From Octopus sinensis (lineage: Eukaryota), in the NCBI RefSeq assembly GCF_006345805.1, contig NC_042998.1, forward strand, positions 199,206,001 through 199,270,000: a stretch of DNA of 64,000 nt. Direction: 5' to 3'. The translations under genes and the position numbers were made by a program. Each line of letters starts with the position of its first letter. Position 1 is the first letter of the stretch. Shown in pieces: positions 53,152-64,000 of the stretch. Under the pieces are notes generated by a model, which searched no databases, was not told the DNA's origin, and saw only the letters and a list, made by a program, of their open reading frames with translations.

Positions 53152-53213
<62 letters not shown>

Positions 53214-53466
53214 AACATATACAGTTGAGAAAATAGTTAAGTCAAAAAGAACAATTCAAACGTTTTGATAGATCCAAAAAGAGAAATAAAAATGATTTCT
53301 AATAAAGTTTCATCATATTCAGAAAGAACACAGCCAGGGCAAGTAACAAGAATATGAAAATAATACTTGAGCAATATCGTTACAGGTATAACACATACCA
53401 GAAACAATTATAACAAAATCAAGGAGATAAGGATGTTGAATTAAATTAGATTTAATACAAACTTGG

Positions 53467-53577
53467 ATTCAATACATACGCGCGTTTCAAAAGACAATAG
53501 AGATATGTAAGAAAAAATTATAATCATAGTAATCATAATTAAATTTATGCATTATCATTCTCATCAGTGTGAGGAAT
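53467..53577 (-). ncRNA. Type I hammerhead, intact core
   Basis: CTGATGA (53561-67); GAAAC-GCGC-GTA (palindromic ACGCGCGT); stem I ACA/TGT + 3x3 loop + ATTC/GAAT. Confidence 0.8.
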
Positions 53578-54174
53578 TTTTGGAAGGACACGAAAAAAAT
53601 AAAACAAGATACAATAAGGGAGAATGCAGATAGGGTAATAGGGAAAAATCGGATATTTAGGAACAAGTTGTAAAAAGAAAAAACAACAGTAATTATAATA
53701 ATGAGAGAAACGAAAGAGAAAAAAAAAGACATATTAATGTGTATGCAAGTCTATTTGTGCAGTAAACTATAACATAAAAATAAAAATCTATTGGTTATAT
53801 TTAAAGAAATAGTAACAGGTTGAGACAAAGTATAATGTACACAAGGTCACGTGTGTATAGTAGAATATAATGCAACAGGTACACAAGCAGAAAAAGCCAT
53901 AGAGTTATACGAATAGATACTAATATTGAAAAAAAACTACAAAAAATACGAAAAAAAGATTTTTATTTTTATGTTATAGTTTACTGCACATACAGCCTTG
54001 CATACACAGTGATATGCCTGCCCTTTTTTCTCTTTCGTCACTCCCTATTATAATGATTCTTATTTTTCCCTTTCATCACTTGTTCGTAAACATCCGATTT
54101 TTCCCTATTACCCCATCAGTATTCTCCCTTATTGTATTTTATTTTATTAAACCATTTTTGATGTCCTTCAAAAA

Positions 54175-54284
54175 ATTTCTGACACTGATGAAAATGACAA
54201 TGCATAAATTTAATTATAATGACATTGATTATAATTTTTCTTACATATCTGTATTGTCTATTGAAACGTGCGTATATATTGAAT
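54175..54284 (+). ncRNA. Type I hammerhead, stem I weakened
   Basis: CTGATGA 54185-91; GACAAT/ATTGTC stem II; GAAAC-GTGC-GTA. Confidence 0.7.
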
Positions 54285-54501
54285 CCAATTTTGTATTAGA
54301 TAGAATTTTGATTCAACATCTTTATCTCCTCCATTTTTAAATACTTGTTTATGGTATATTTATACCTATACGATATTTTCAACTATAATATATGTATATA
54401 ATTTATATCTAGATAAATGTATATATATATCTATATATATATATATATAAGAAATATTGAATTTCTAAATCTCTCGTAGAGACATGTACGGTGGTGGGCG
54501 A

Positions 54502-54695
54502 TAGAATGGTTGTATACTGACTGTCAATCTAACAAGAACGTGACAGTAGGGGGTACACCACCGCTGTATAGCCCTAGGAACATCGAACGCCTCCTGAGTG
54601 TGTGTGTGTGTGGTTCGATGCTTCCTAGGGCTATACAGCAGTGGTGTACCCTCTACTGTCACGTTCTTGTTAGATTGACAGTATACAAACATTCT
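54502..54695. repeat. Near-perfect hairpin (~83-bp arms, 24-nt loop)
   Basis: 54502-54588 versus 54613-54695; few mismatches; no hammerhead seen. Confidence 0.9.
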
Positions 54696-54708
54696 CTCTA
54701 TATATATA

Positions 54709-55525
54709 TATTAGAAGAAATGAGGAACTCAGAAATCTGGATGGTTTCATATTTACAGATATTTATTAGTATGTTACATGTTTTTATAAATCATATATCA
54801 TATATATTAGCGCTTTCTTCCACTCTAGTGGAGTCTTCAAATTGAACTTTTGCAGGAATTTTGACTCTTTTTATAGTATTATTGAGTGTGTAGGGGTGGG
54901 GAGAGATATAAGATAGCACAAGAGGGTGAGGAATGGGGAGAAAGTAAGAGAGAGCATGTGTGTATGTGTGTATGTGTGTTTGTATCTGAATGAGGTGTTA
55001 AAGGAAAAGAGAAGGAAAAGAAGAAGGAGAGAAAGAAGAAAAAAATTGTTGATACCTTTGCAGCGTTTCAATAGTAATTCTTGGCTTTTGTAAACACATT
55101 TTTTTCTTCTTTCTCTCCTCCTCCTTCCTTTCATTCCCCTTTCCCATATGACACTCCTTTCAGATACACAGACACGCACACACACACGCACGCACGTACG
55201 CACACACTCGCACGCACGCATCACGCACACACACACGCACGCACGCACACACGCACGCACACACGCACGCGCACACACACGCACGCACACACACACGCAC
55301 GCACACACACACGCACGCATACACACCGCACAACACACCGCACGCACACACACACGCACACACGCACACACGCACACACACGCACACACACCACGCACGC
55401 ACACACCACGCACCGCACACGCATGCACACACGCACGCACACACACACGCACACGCACACGCACACACACACTCTCTCTCTCACAAGACAATGATAAAAA
55501 CGAAATCCTGACAATTTTTTTAAAA
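54709..55525. mobile_element. Third, partly fold-back copy of the family at 59360-61425, with a decayed hammerhead at ~54790-54846 (-)
   Basis: Same terminus ATTAGAAGAAAT...; TTGAAGA-C-TCCAC-TAGA-GTGGA-A-GAAA-GCGC-TA. Confidence 0.7.
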
Positions 55526-55635
55526 TATTGGTAAACGAATATTAGTTTCTTATGATTTAGAGATTTTCAATAAACATGCACCTTATTATAATGAAGCCCT
55601 CTGAGAGGCAGGATATAATAATAGTATTAATTTTT

Positions 55636-55694
<59 letters not shown>

Positions 55695-55930
55695 TATAAT
55701 ATAAAGGATTATAATTTTAATGATTTTTTTAATAGTAAATAGTAAAATTTAAAATTATCATAAGATTTATTTAGATAATTATGCTCTTAAAAATAGATAT
55801 TACGATATACAAATCATAAGAATATATAGTAGAAAGAAAAACAAAAATAAAATTAAGAATAAGACTAATTTTAATTCAATGAATGATAATAATAATTTTG
55901 ATAATATCAAAAAGAAATTAAATAATACTA

Positions 55931-56002
<72 letters not shown>

Positions 56003-56044
56003 TAATATAATAATAATAATGATGATGATAATAATAATAAATTC

Positions 56045-56648
56045 AGATAAATACATAACAAAAACACCAGGACTTACAAACACATATCACATACAAAAAA
56101 TTGCACTACTAGGCACTGCACACATCCTATGCAGAACACTTTCCATACAATAACCATCAGAGCATCACAACAAATCACAGCACATACCTAGTCGGAAGCA
56201 CTCCGTCGGTTACGACGACGAGGGTTCCGGTTGATCCGAATCAACGGAACAGCCTGCTCGTGAAATTAACGTGTAAGTGGCTGAGCACTCCACAGACACG
56301 TGTACCCTTAACGTAGTTCTCGGGGATATTCAGCGTGACACAGAGAGTGACAAGGCCGGCCCTTTGAAATACAGGTACAACAGAAACAGGAAGTAAGGGT
56401 GAGAGAAAGTTGTGGTGAAAGAGTACAGCAGGGATCACCACCATCCCCTGCCGGAGCCTCGTGGAGCTTTAGGTGTTTTCGCTCAATAAACACTCACAAC
56501 GCCCGGTCTGGGAATCGAAACCGCGATCCTATGACCGCGAGTCCACTGCCCTAACCACTGGACCATTGCACCTCCACACAGCGCATACCTAAGGCACACA
56601 GAGCTGCGCTCGGTAGTGAAGTGAAAGCACGATATAAAAATAAAACTA

Positions 56649-56679
<31 letters not shown>

Positions 56680-56680
56680 T
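56045..56680 (+). mobile_element. R4/Dong-like LINE 3' end inside (TAA)n, interrupted by SINE C
   Basis: IQKIALLGTAHILCRTLSIQ*; (TAA)n on both sides. Confidence 0.75.
56192..56575 (-). mobile_element. SINE family C
   Basis: TSD CACAGC(A/G)CATACCTA at 56176-56190 and 56577-56591. Confidence 0.9.
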
Positions 56681-56964
56681 AAATAATAGGAATAAAATTT
56701 GGTTGATTGTTCCTTATGGGGCTCAAGTTAAAACTAATATTATTAAATATATTTTAAATGTAATTGAACAATTCATTCGGGATAAAAGAAAATATATAAA
56801 ATTTTTCTTTAGAAATAATTTGCATTTTTTATATTTGTTAACGATAATTTAGATACGTACATTTATTTAATTATTCTTATTATTATAAGTTTGGTTACTA
56901 TGTGAATTAGGTTGTAAAATCTTTTAGTATAGATAAAGTTTTTTTATATTTTGTACTATTGAAT

Positions 56965-57010
<46 letters not shown>

Positions 57011-57570
57011 TCGCAAATAATTTTATAAACGACTAGTAATACGCTTTTAGTTTTGGGATTTTTTAATTTTTAATTTTTTATTTCATAAATATTTTCGGAA
57101 TGTATAATAATTTATTTCTTTATATGTTTGTTGATTGAAAAAATATGGATGTCTTATTGCTATATTTGTTAATCATAATTTAGATACGTACATTTATTCA
57201 ATTTGATTATTTTATAATTATTATATGTGAATTATAACCTAAAAGTATTAAGTGTGATTGTTTTGTAAAATAGTTTGTTACGTAAAATATTAGAGTATAG
57301 CTAGTGAATAGATATTCTATAGTTTGTTAATGTTATTCTCAAAGCTAAAATATATCTTCATATATAAATACATTTTTCTATATATTTACTCTATTTTTTA
57401 CCTTAGGTTTTTAACATGATAAATGTATTATAGACATCTGGTCCTACTTTTTAAATTTCAAATTTAGTTAACAGAGTTTCTTCTATAAGAACAATCATGA
57501 TTTTATTTCTTTAAGAAATATTGTTTAATTCTATTTGATTATTTATTTAACTATTATTGTTATTATTGTT

Positions 57571-57672
57571 GACCTGAGGAGTGACTATACCTTTAAATTG
57601 ATTTGTTTTTCAATTAAATTTAAATTTAATTGTAATTCGAATTTAAATTATAACCATGAAACGTATGTAGTC
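57571..57672 (+). ncRNA. Type I hammerhead motif
   Basis: GAC-CTGAGGA; stem II GTGACTATA/TATAACCAT with two mismatches; GAAAC-GTAT-GTA-GTC; (TA)n ~145 nt downstream. Confidence 0.65.
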
Positions 57673-57812
57673 TTTTTATTTACTATATATTGTTTATTCA
57701 TTTTTTGTACTTTTTTGTGATCTAGTTATGTTTTATAATATATTTTATTTTTTCTTCATGATTTGCTTTATGTCTATCATTGTTTGAATTGCATAATAAT
57801 TGTTTTTCACTA

Positions 57813-57868
<56 letters not shown>

Positions 57869-58216
57869 GTTCAACAAGGCATATTTACTGGAAATAGCAA
57901 TCGATACAAATACGACGCTATTGTATAGCTTCACTGGGTATTGACTAGCAAAGACATGTGTGTGCAACAAACATGAAAAATTTGTTATCTCCAGGAAGAA
58001 CATTCGATAAATGGACAACCTAGAATCAGATAATGCAAGACTGGTTTCTAACTCTTCAAATACGTTTGACAACGTATAATTCTACCCTTATGTATAATTC
58101 TACCTTTATGGGGCTTTATTTTACTGGAAAGTAATACATTTGTATTGCAGTATTATTTTCATAATAAATATATATATTATCCGAATTTTATAATATTAAG
58201 TATCCATCACGGCTGG

Positions 58217-58300
58217 TCTTACCAATCGGTTTTGCACAAAGCATACAAGGGAGTGTTAAGCAACAATCCAATTATATAACTGAACACTCATCAGAGATAG
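58217..58300 (-). ncRNA. Type I hammerhead, G12 mutated
   Basis: CTGATGA (58288-94) but AAAAC replaces GAAAC. Confidence 0.6.
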
Positions 58301-58901
58301 CCGATGAGGACGGGATTATGGCGACCGATCTCTATTGTTGGAGCTGGATTAGCATAACCGGTCAGCGATTGCTGTAAAAAAAGTGGTGAAACGAAATAGG
58401 GCCCAAGGTATCCGGCCAGGAGTTATGTCTCTTTCTTGGGTATGCTGTAAAGTGAGGAAAGTGTGTATTATTGATGTGGTATCCCTGCGGGGATGGAGTA
58501 TGTGTGATGTGTAACAGTGTCATATATATAGTTTTTTTCTCTGAGGATGTAGGTATACGTAGCTGTTTTCGATGGTCTGTTTTCTTTTTGTAAAGAATAA
58601 AGTCGAGGCTTTTTTTCTATATTAGTGCGCGATGTGTAATGTACATGTGTGGTGTCTGTGTATATGTGGGGGTAAAATTTGCATATTATACAAATGACAC
58701 CGCTACACATATAACACACCCCATCCCCGCAGGGATACCACATTATTAATATACACTTTTCCTACTGCATGATAACTCTTGCCAGCTTCACATCATATCC
58801 AACATATGACATAGCTCTTAGCCCATTTCCCTGAGTCCTTTTCCATTTCACCATTTATTTACAGCAGCCGCTGACCGGTTGTATTAATCTACCTCAAACA
58901 A

Positions 58902-58998
58902 TATCGACTATCTCTGATGAGTGTAGCATTATATAATTGTATTGTTATCTAAAACTCCATTGTATTCTTTGCACGAAACCGATTGGTAAGACCAGATG
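58902..58998 (+). ncRNA. Type I hammerhead, intact core
   Basis: CTGATGA 58914-20; GTGTA/TGCAC stem II; GAAACC-GATT-GGTA with predicted cleavage after A58988; stem I TCT/AGA + loop + TATC/GATG. Confidence 0.8.
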
Positions 58999-59075
58999 TG
59001 CTGAATATTTAATACTATAAATTTCGGATAATATACCTACTCTACTGACAGTTATATGATCCCTTAGATGACTCA

Positions 59076-59134
<59 letters not shown>

Positions 59135-59295
59135 ATATAATTAATATTATCAAAGTGTAATCTGAAATATTAGAAATTGACATTACCAGTGGCCTAGCGT
59201 GTAAAAATTTTTTGGATAATTTTCGAAATGAAAATGTCCTCTCTAGCGTGTAGGTAGTCCTATGATGGCTACCTCTTGTGTGTTTTAAATGTACA

Positions 59296-59359
<64 letters not shown>

Positions 59360-59364
<5 letters not shown>

Positions 59365-60294
59365 GAAATAAGATGCTCAGAAAGCTGAAATGGGTTTATA
59401 TTTACAGATATTTATTATGTCACATGTTTTTTATAAATCATAAATTAGCGCTTGCGTCCACTCTAGTGAAATCTTCAGATTGGATTTTTTCAGGACTTTT
59501 GTCTCTTTTTATAGTATTATTGTGTGTAGAGGGGGAGATAGTACAAGAGAGTGAAGAATCGGGAGAAAGTGAGAAAGAGAGTGTGTATGCGCGCGCACGT
59601 GCTTTTGTATCTGAAAAAAGTGTCAATGGAAAAGAGAAGGAAAGGAAGAAGGAAGAGGGAAAGAAGAAAAAATGTGTTTACTTTTATACAGCCGGTCAGT
59701 TCTTTCAGTAGAATGTGATTCTTGGCTTTTAGAAAGGTGGTTACTCCGAGGGGGGTAAATGGTATTTTTCAAAAAATTGTCTGGATTTCTTTTTACCATT
59801 GTCTTGTGAGTGTGTGTGTGTGTTTGCCTGTGTGTCTGTGTGTGGGTGTCTGTGTATCTGAAAGGAATGTCAATGGAAAAGAAAGAAGGAAGAGGGAAAG
59901 AATAAAAAAAACGTGTTGACATCTTTGCAGCTGGTCAGTTCCTTCAATAGAAAGTGATTTTTGTCCTTTTAAAAATGGTAAAACTCAAGTGGCTACTCCA
60001 AGGGGATCTCTTGGCTTTCAAAAAAAATTTTGTCTGGATTTCTTTTCATCAATGTCCAGTGAGAGAGAGTGTGTATGTGTTTTGTGTGTGTGTGTGTGGG
60101 GGGTGCCTGTGTATCTGAAAGAAGTGTCAATGGAAAAGAGAAGGAAGAGAGGAAGAAGAAATAATTGTGTTGACATCTATACCACTTTTCAGTTCTTTCA
60201 ATCCAATGTTTGATTCCCGTGCTGGTATGGGTTGGAGAATCTGGATGGAAGATTGTTTCTATTTATGTATATGGACATATGTACAGTACTGTGT

Positions 60295-60325
<31 letters not shown>

Positions 60326-61425
60326 TAATACAATTTACTTTACAAAATTGGTCCTTCATTTAGTACAAATTAATATAGAAATATTTTCAGACAATCAGTT
60401 TGCGGGAGAACTTTGTTATGAAGTATTTTTCCATATTTTTCCTGAAGGAGGTGTCATTCTTTAGGCATTTATAGAAGGGAAAGATCTTACATCCAGATTC
60501 TCCAACCCATACCATCACGGGAATCAAACACTGGATTGAAAGAACTGAAAAGTGGTATAAATGTCAGCACAAGTATTTCTTCTTCCTCCCTTTCTTCTTT
60601 CTTTCCTTCTCTTTTCCATTGTCACTCCTTTCAGATAAACAGCACCCATACACACACACACACGCACACACGCAAAAAAAAAAAACACATACAGACTCTC
60701 TCACTGGACAATGATTAAAAGAAATCCAGACAAAAGAATTTTTTTGAAAACCAAGAAACCCCCTCGGAGTAGCCACTTGATTTTTACCATTTTTAAAAAG
60801 GCAAAAGTCACTTTCTATTGAAAGAACTGACAGCTGCAAAGATGTCAACACATCTTTTCTTCTTTCTCTCTTCCTTCTTTCTTTCTCTTTTCCATTGACA
60901 CTCCTTTCAGATACACAGACCCCCCCACACTCTCTCTCTTTCTCTCTCTCTCACACACAAGACAAAGGTAAAAAGAAATCCAGACAATTTTTCGAAAATA
61001 ACATTTAACCCCTTGGAGTAACCACCTTAGTTTGCCATTTCTAAAAGCCAAGAATCACTTTCTATTGAAAGAACTGACCAGCTGTATAAAAGTAAACACA
61101 TTGTTTTCTTCTTTTTCTCTTTCTTCTTCCTTTCCTTCTCTTTTCCATTGACACTTCTTTCATATACAAATGCACACACACACACACACACGCACACACA
61201 AGCACTCTCTCTCTCTCACTTTCTCCCCATTTCTCACCCTCTTGTATTATCTTATATCCCTCTCCACCCGTACACACTCAATAATACTATAAAAAGAGAC
61301 AAAAGTCATGAAAAAATTCAATCTGAAGACTCCACTAAAAAGGACGCAAGCGCTAATATATGATTTATAAAAACATGTGACATAATAAAACCATCCATAT
61401 TTCTGAGTATCTTATTTCTTCTTAT
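59360..61425. repeat. Large inverted repeat (~900-950-bp arms, ~230-bp spacer) with internal ~240-bp subrepeats and decayed twin hammerheads
   Basis: Arms 59360-60253 and 60484-61425; CTGAAGA...GCAA-GCGC-TA at 59435-59487 (-) and 61314-61366 (+). Confidence 0.85.
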
Positions 61426-61461
61426 ATATAATACCTGCACATCATCTCCAAACCTTCTAAG

Positions 61462-61492
<31 letters not shown>

Positions 61493-62099
61493 CATAATCG
61501 CTGCTCAGTTTACAAGCTGATAAGCTAATTCGTGTATTGCTAATTTGAAAAATGTCAGATTCTGATTTAAACATAGCACGGAAACCAAAGCAAAGTAATT
61601 TACAACATAAATGTATATCTTTGAAATTAGATATATTTCATAATTTCGCTTAGATTAAATTATCTGATTGTAATTAAATCTGGTAAACATTTGTCTGGCA
61701 ACATTTAGTTTTCTAACAGAACTTAAAGATTACAGGCATGCGCATACACACGTATACACTATATGTTGCTATATTTAATGATATTGCAATTTATATTGTA
61801 AAACAAGTTTATCTTAAAATACTAGTCAACACAAATTGTTTCACATTATACAGAACTGCATGATGACGAGATGTGAATTTACAATTATAGCACTTGAGAC
61901 TGTTTGCAGCCTTAAAAAAATGTTTTGCTGCCAGGAAAAACTTGTTGAAGACTAGATCTCCTATATTCCTGCGCTGCTTTTTCTACCAGGTCTGCAGAGG
62001 GATGGGCTATGCTACGTCTAGGCGTGCCCAAGACATAACATATCCTACGACGGTGTCCCAACAATATAATAAGGCGGTCCAAGACAAAACAACGCTACA

Positions 62100-62417
62100 C
62101 ATATACATGCATACAAACATACATACATACATACATACATACATACATACATACATAATCCATACATCATACATACATACATACATACATACATGCATAC
62201 ATACATACATACATGTATGCATACATACATACATACATGTATGCATACATACATACATACATGTATGCATACATACATACATACATACATACATACATGC
62301 ATACATACATACATACATACATACATACATACATACGTACATACATACATACATGCATTCATACATACATACATACATACATACATGCATACGTACATAC
62401 ATACATACATTCATACA

Positions 62418-62451
<34 letters not shown>

Positions 62452-62920
62452 CATACATACATACATGCATACATACATACATACATACATGCATACATAC
62501 ATACATACATGTATGCATACATACATACATACATGTATGCATACATACATACATACATGTATGCATACATACATACATACATACATACATACATGCATAC
62601 ATACATACATACATTCATACATACATACATACATACATACATACATACATACACACATACATACATTCATACATACATACATACATGCATTCATACATAC
62701 ATACATACATACATACATACATTCATACATACATACACATATACACACATACATACATACATTCACACATACATACATACACACATACATACATACATAC
62801 ATTCATACATACATACATACATACATACATACATACATACTTACATACACACATACATATATACATACATACATACATACATACATACATACATACATAC
62901 ATACATACATACATACATAC
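62100..62920 (+). repeat. (CATA)n tetranucleotide array
   Basis: Source of the HTYI/MYVC ORFs. Confidence 0.97.
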
Positions 62921-63169
62921 GTGTACATATCTCTGTGAGTGTGTGAATGCGTTTGTAAATAAGGTTATAGTTTAAAGGTAATAGCTCTTGATTGGAGGCC
63001 TTAAAAGGATAAGTAAAACCTCGAATGTGACATTTAAAAATTATTTTCCCCTCCGTACTAGTTTATACGGAAATAATAAACCAAATGAGTGCATTGACAC
63101 TTCAGAACTACCTACATTGGCAGAGGTAACCTTCGATTACATTGACATAAAATAGGAAGATATAATACC

Positions 63170-63572
63170 TATTTCTTTACTACCCACAAGGGGCTAAACA
63201 CAGAGGGGAGAAACAAGGACAGACAAACGTATTAAGTCGATTATATACGACCCCAGTGCGTAACTGGTACTTATTTAATCGACCCCGAAAGGATGAAAGG
63301 CAAAGTCGACCACGGCGGAATTTGAACTCAAAACGTAGTGGCAGACAAAATACCTATTTCTTTACTATCCACAAGGAGTACAAACAAGGATAGACAAAGA
63401 GATTAAGTCGATTATATCGACCCCAGTGCGTAACTGGTACTTATTTAATCGACCCCGAAAGGATGAAAGGCAAAGTCGACCTCGGCGGAATTTGAGCTCA
63501 GAACGTAACGGCAGACGAAAAACGGCTACGCATTTCGCCCGGCGTGTTAACGATTCTGCCAGCTCGCCCACC
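63170..63572 (-). mobile_element. SINE A dimer
   Basis: Internal junction plus a terminus AAAGAAATA|GGTATTATATC. Confidence 0.9.
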
Positions 63573-64000
63573 ATTAGATGAAATAAGCTTTCACTCAGCA
63601 ACAGGTATAACCGGTGGTGGTACTTTTCCAGAGATTTCTTTTGCCTGTGCACGCTTCTCTCTGATTTCACGCATCACCGAATTCATGCAATGAATTGTGA
63701 GTGAAAAGCTGATTACGACCTCAAAATAATGTCTTACTCTTTGACACTCGGCATAGCCTTCTCCATCTGGAAAACAGCTACATCCCACACCACTACACCT
63801 TTATGACTGTGTACTGAAAAAAGCCTTCGACCATTTCCTATCCAAAGGGTTTTTTAAACCCAATATTTACACGCTGTTGCTTATAGCCTTATCTACTTCG
63901 ATTTCAAACTTTAAAAATTAATTATTTTATGTCTCTCGGAGTTTCTGAATATGTACTTGTGTGTGTGTGTGTGCATGCCTGCGTGTGTGTGTGTGTGTGT

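Larger units (their letters stand above)
53368..54385. repeat. Inverted repeat (~420-bp diverged arms) with twin hammerheads
   Basis: Arms ~53368-53790 and ~53958-54385; (TA)n outside both. Confidence 0.85.
58175..59035. repeat. Inverted repeat (~350-bp diverged arms) with twin hammerheads
   Basis: Arms 58175-58523 and 58694-59035. Confidence 0.85.

Noticed and set aside
61894-62975. 350-aa and 260-aa His/Thr/Tyr/Ile ORFs
   Set aside because: Translation of (CATA)n

Overview
AT-rich, repeat-dense eukaryotic DNA. The SINE and microsatellite repertoire suggests an Octopus-type cephalopod; this is an inference and was not database-checked. Nearly all long ORFs in the supplied track are microsatellite artefacts. 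HOST GENES: the best-supported host signal is a minus-strand gene with a 111-bp phase 1-1 LDL-receptor class A exon (4002-4112) resembling the LDLa module of relaxin-type LGR/RXFP receptors, plus a probable signal-peptide exon (15395-15485). A weaker four-exon plus-strand candidate also exists. TRANSPOSONS: the rest is mostly transposon debris: three tRNA-derived SINE families, R4/Dong-like and RTE-like LINEs, two Penelope-like coding remnants, Tc1, mariner, Chapaev-like and pogo-like DNA elements, and five short non-autonomous Helitrons. UNEXPLAINED PATTERN 1: about 17 type I hammerhead-ribozyme motifs with short palindromic stem III occur in the window. Many sit as outward-facing twins in the arms of long inverted repeats (75-950 bp arms) bounded by (TA)n tracts. 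UNEXPLAINED PATTERN 2: one SINE forms single-head, exact 184-bp multimers (up to 8 units). Their junction sequence GGTAT also begins the target-site duplications of some genomic copies, suggesting microhomology-driven reverse-transcriptase template jumping. All pairings, alignments and translations were done by eye; no folding or search software was run.
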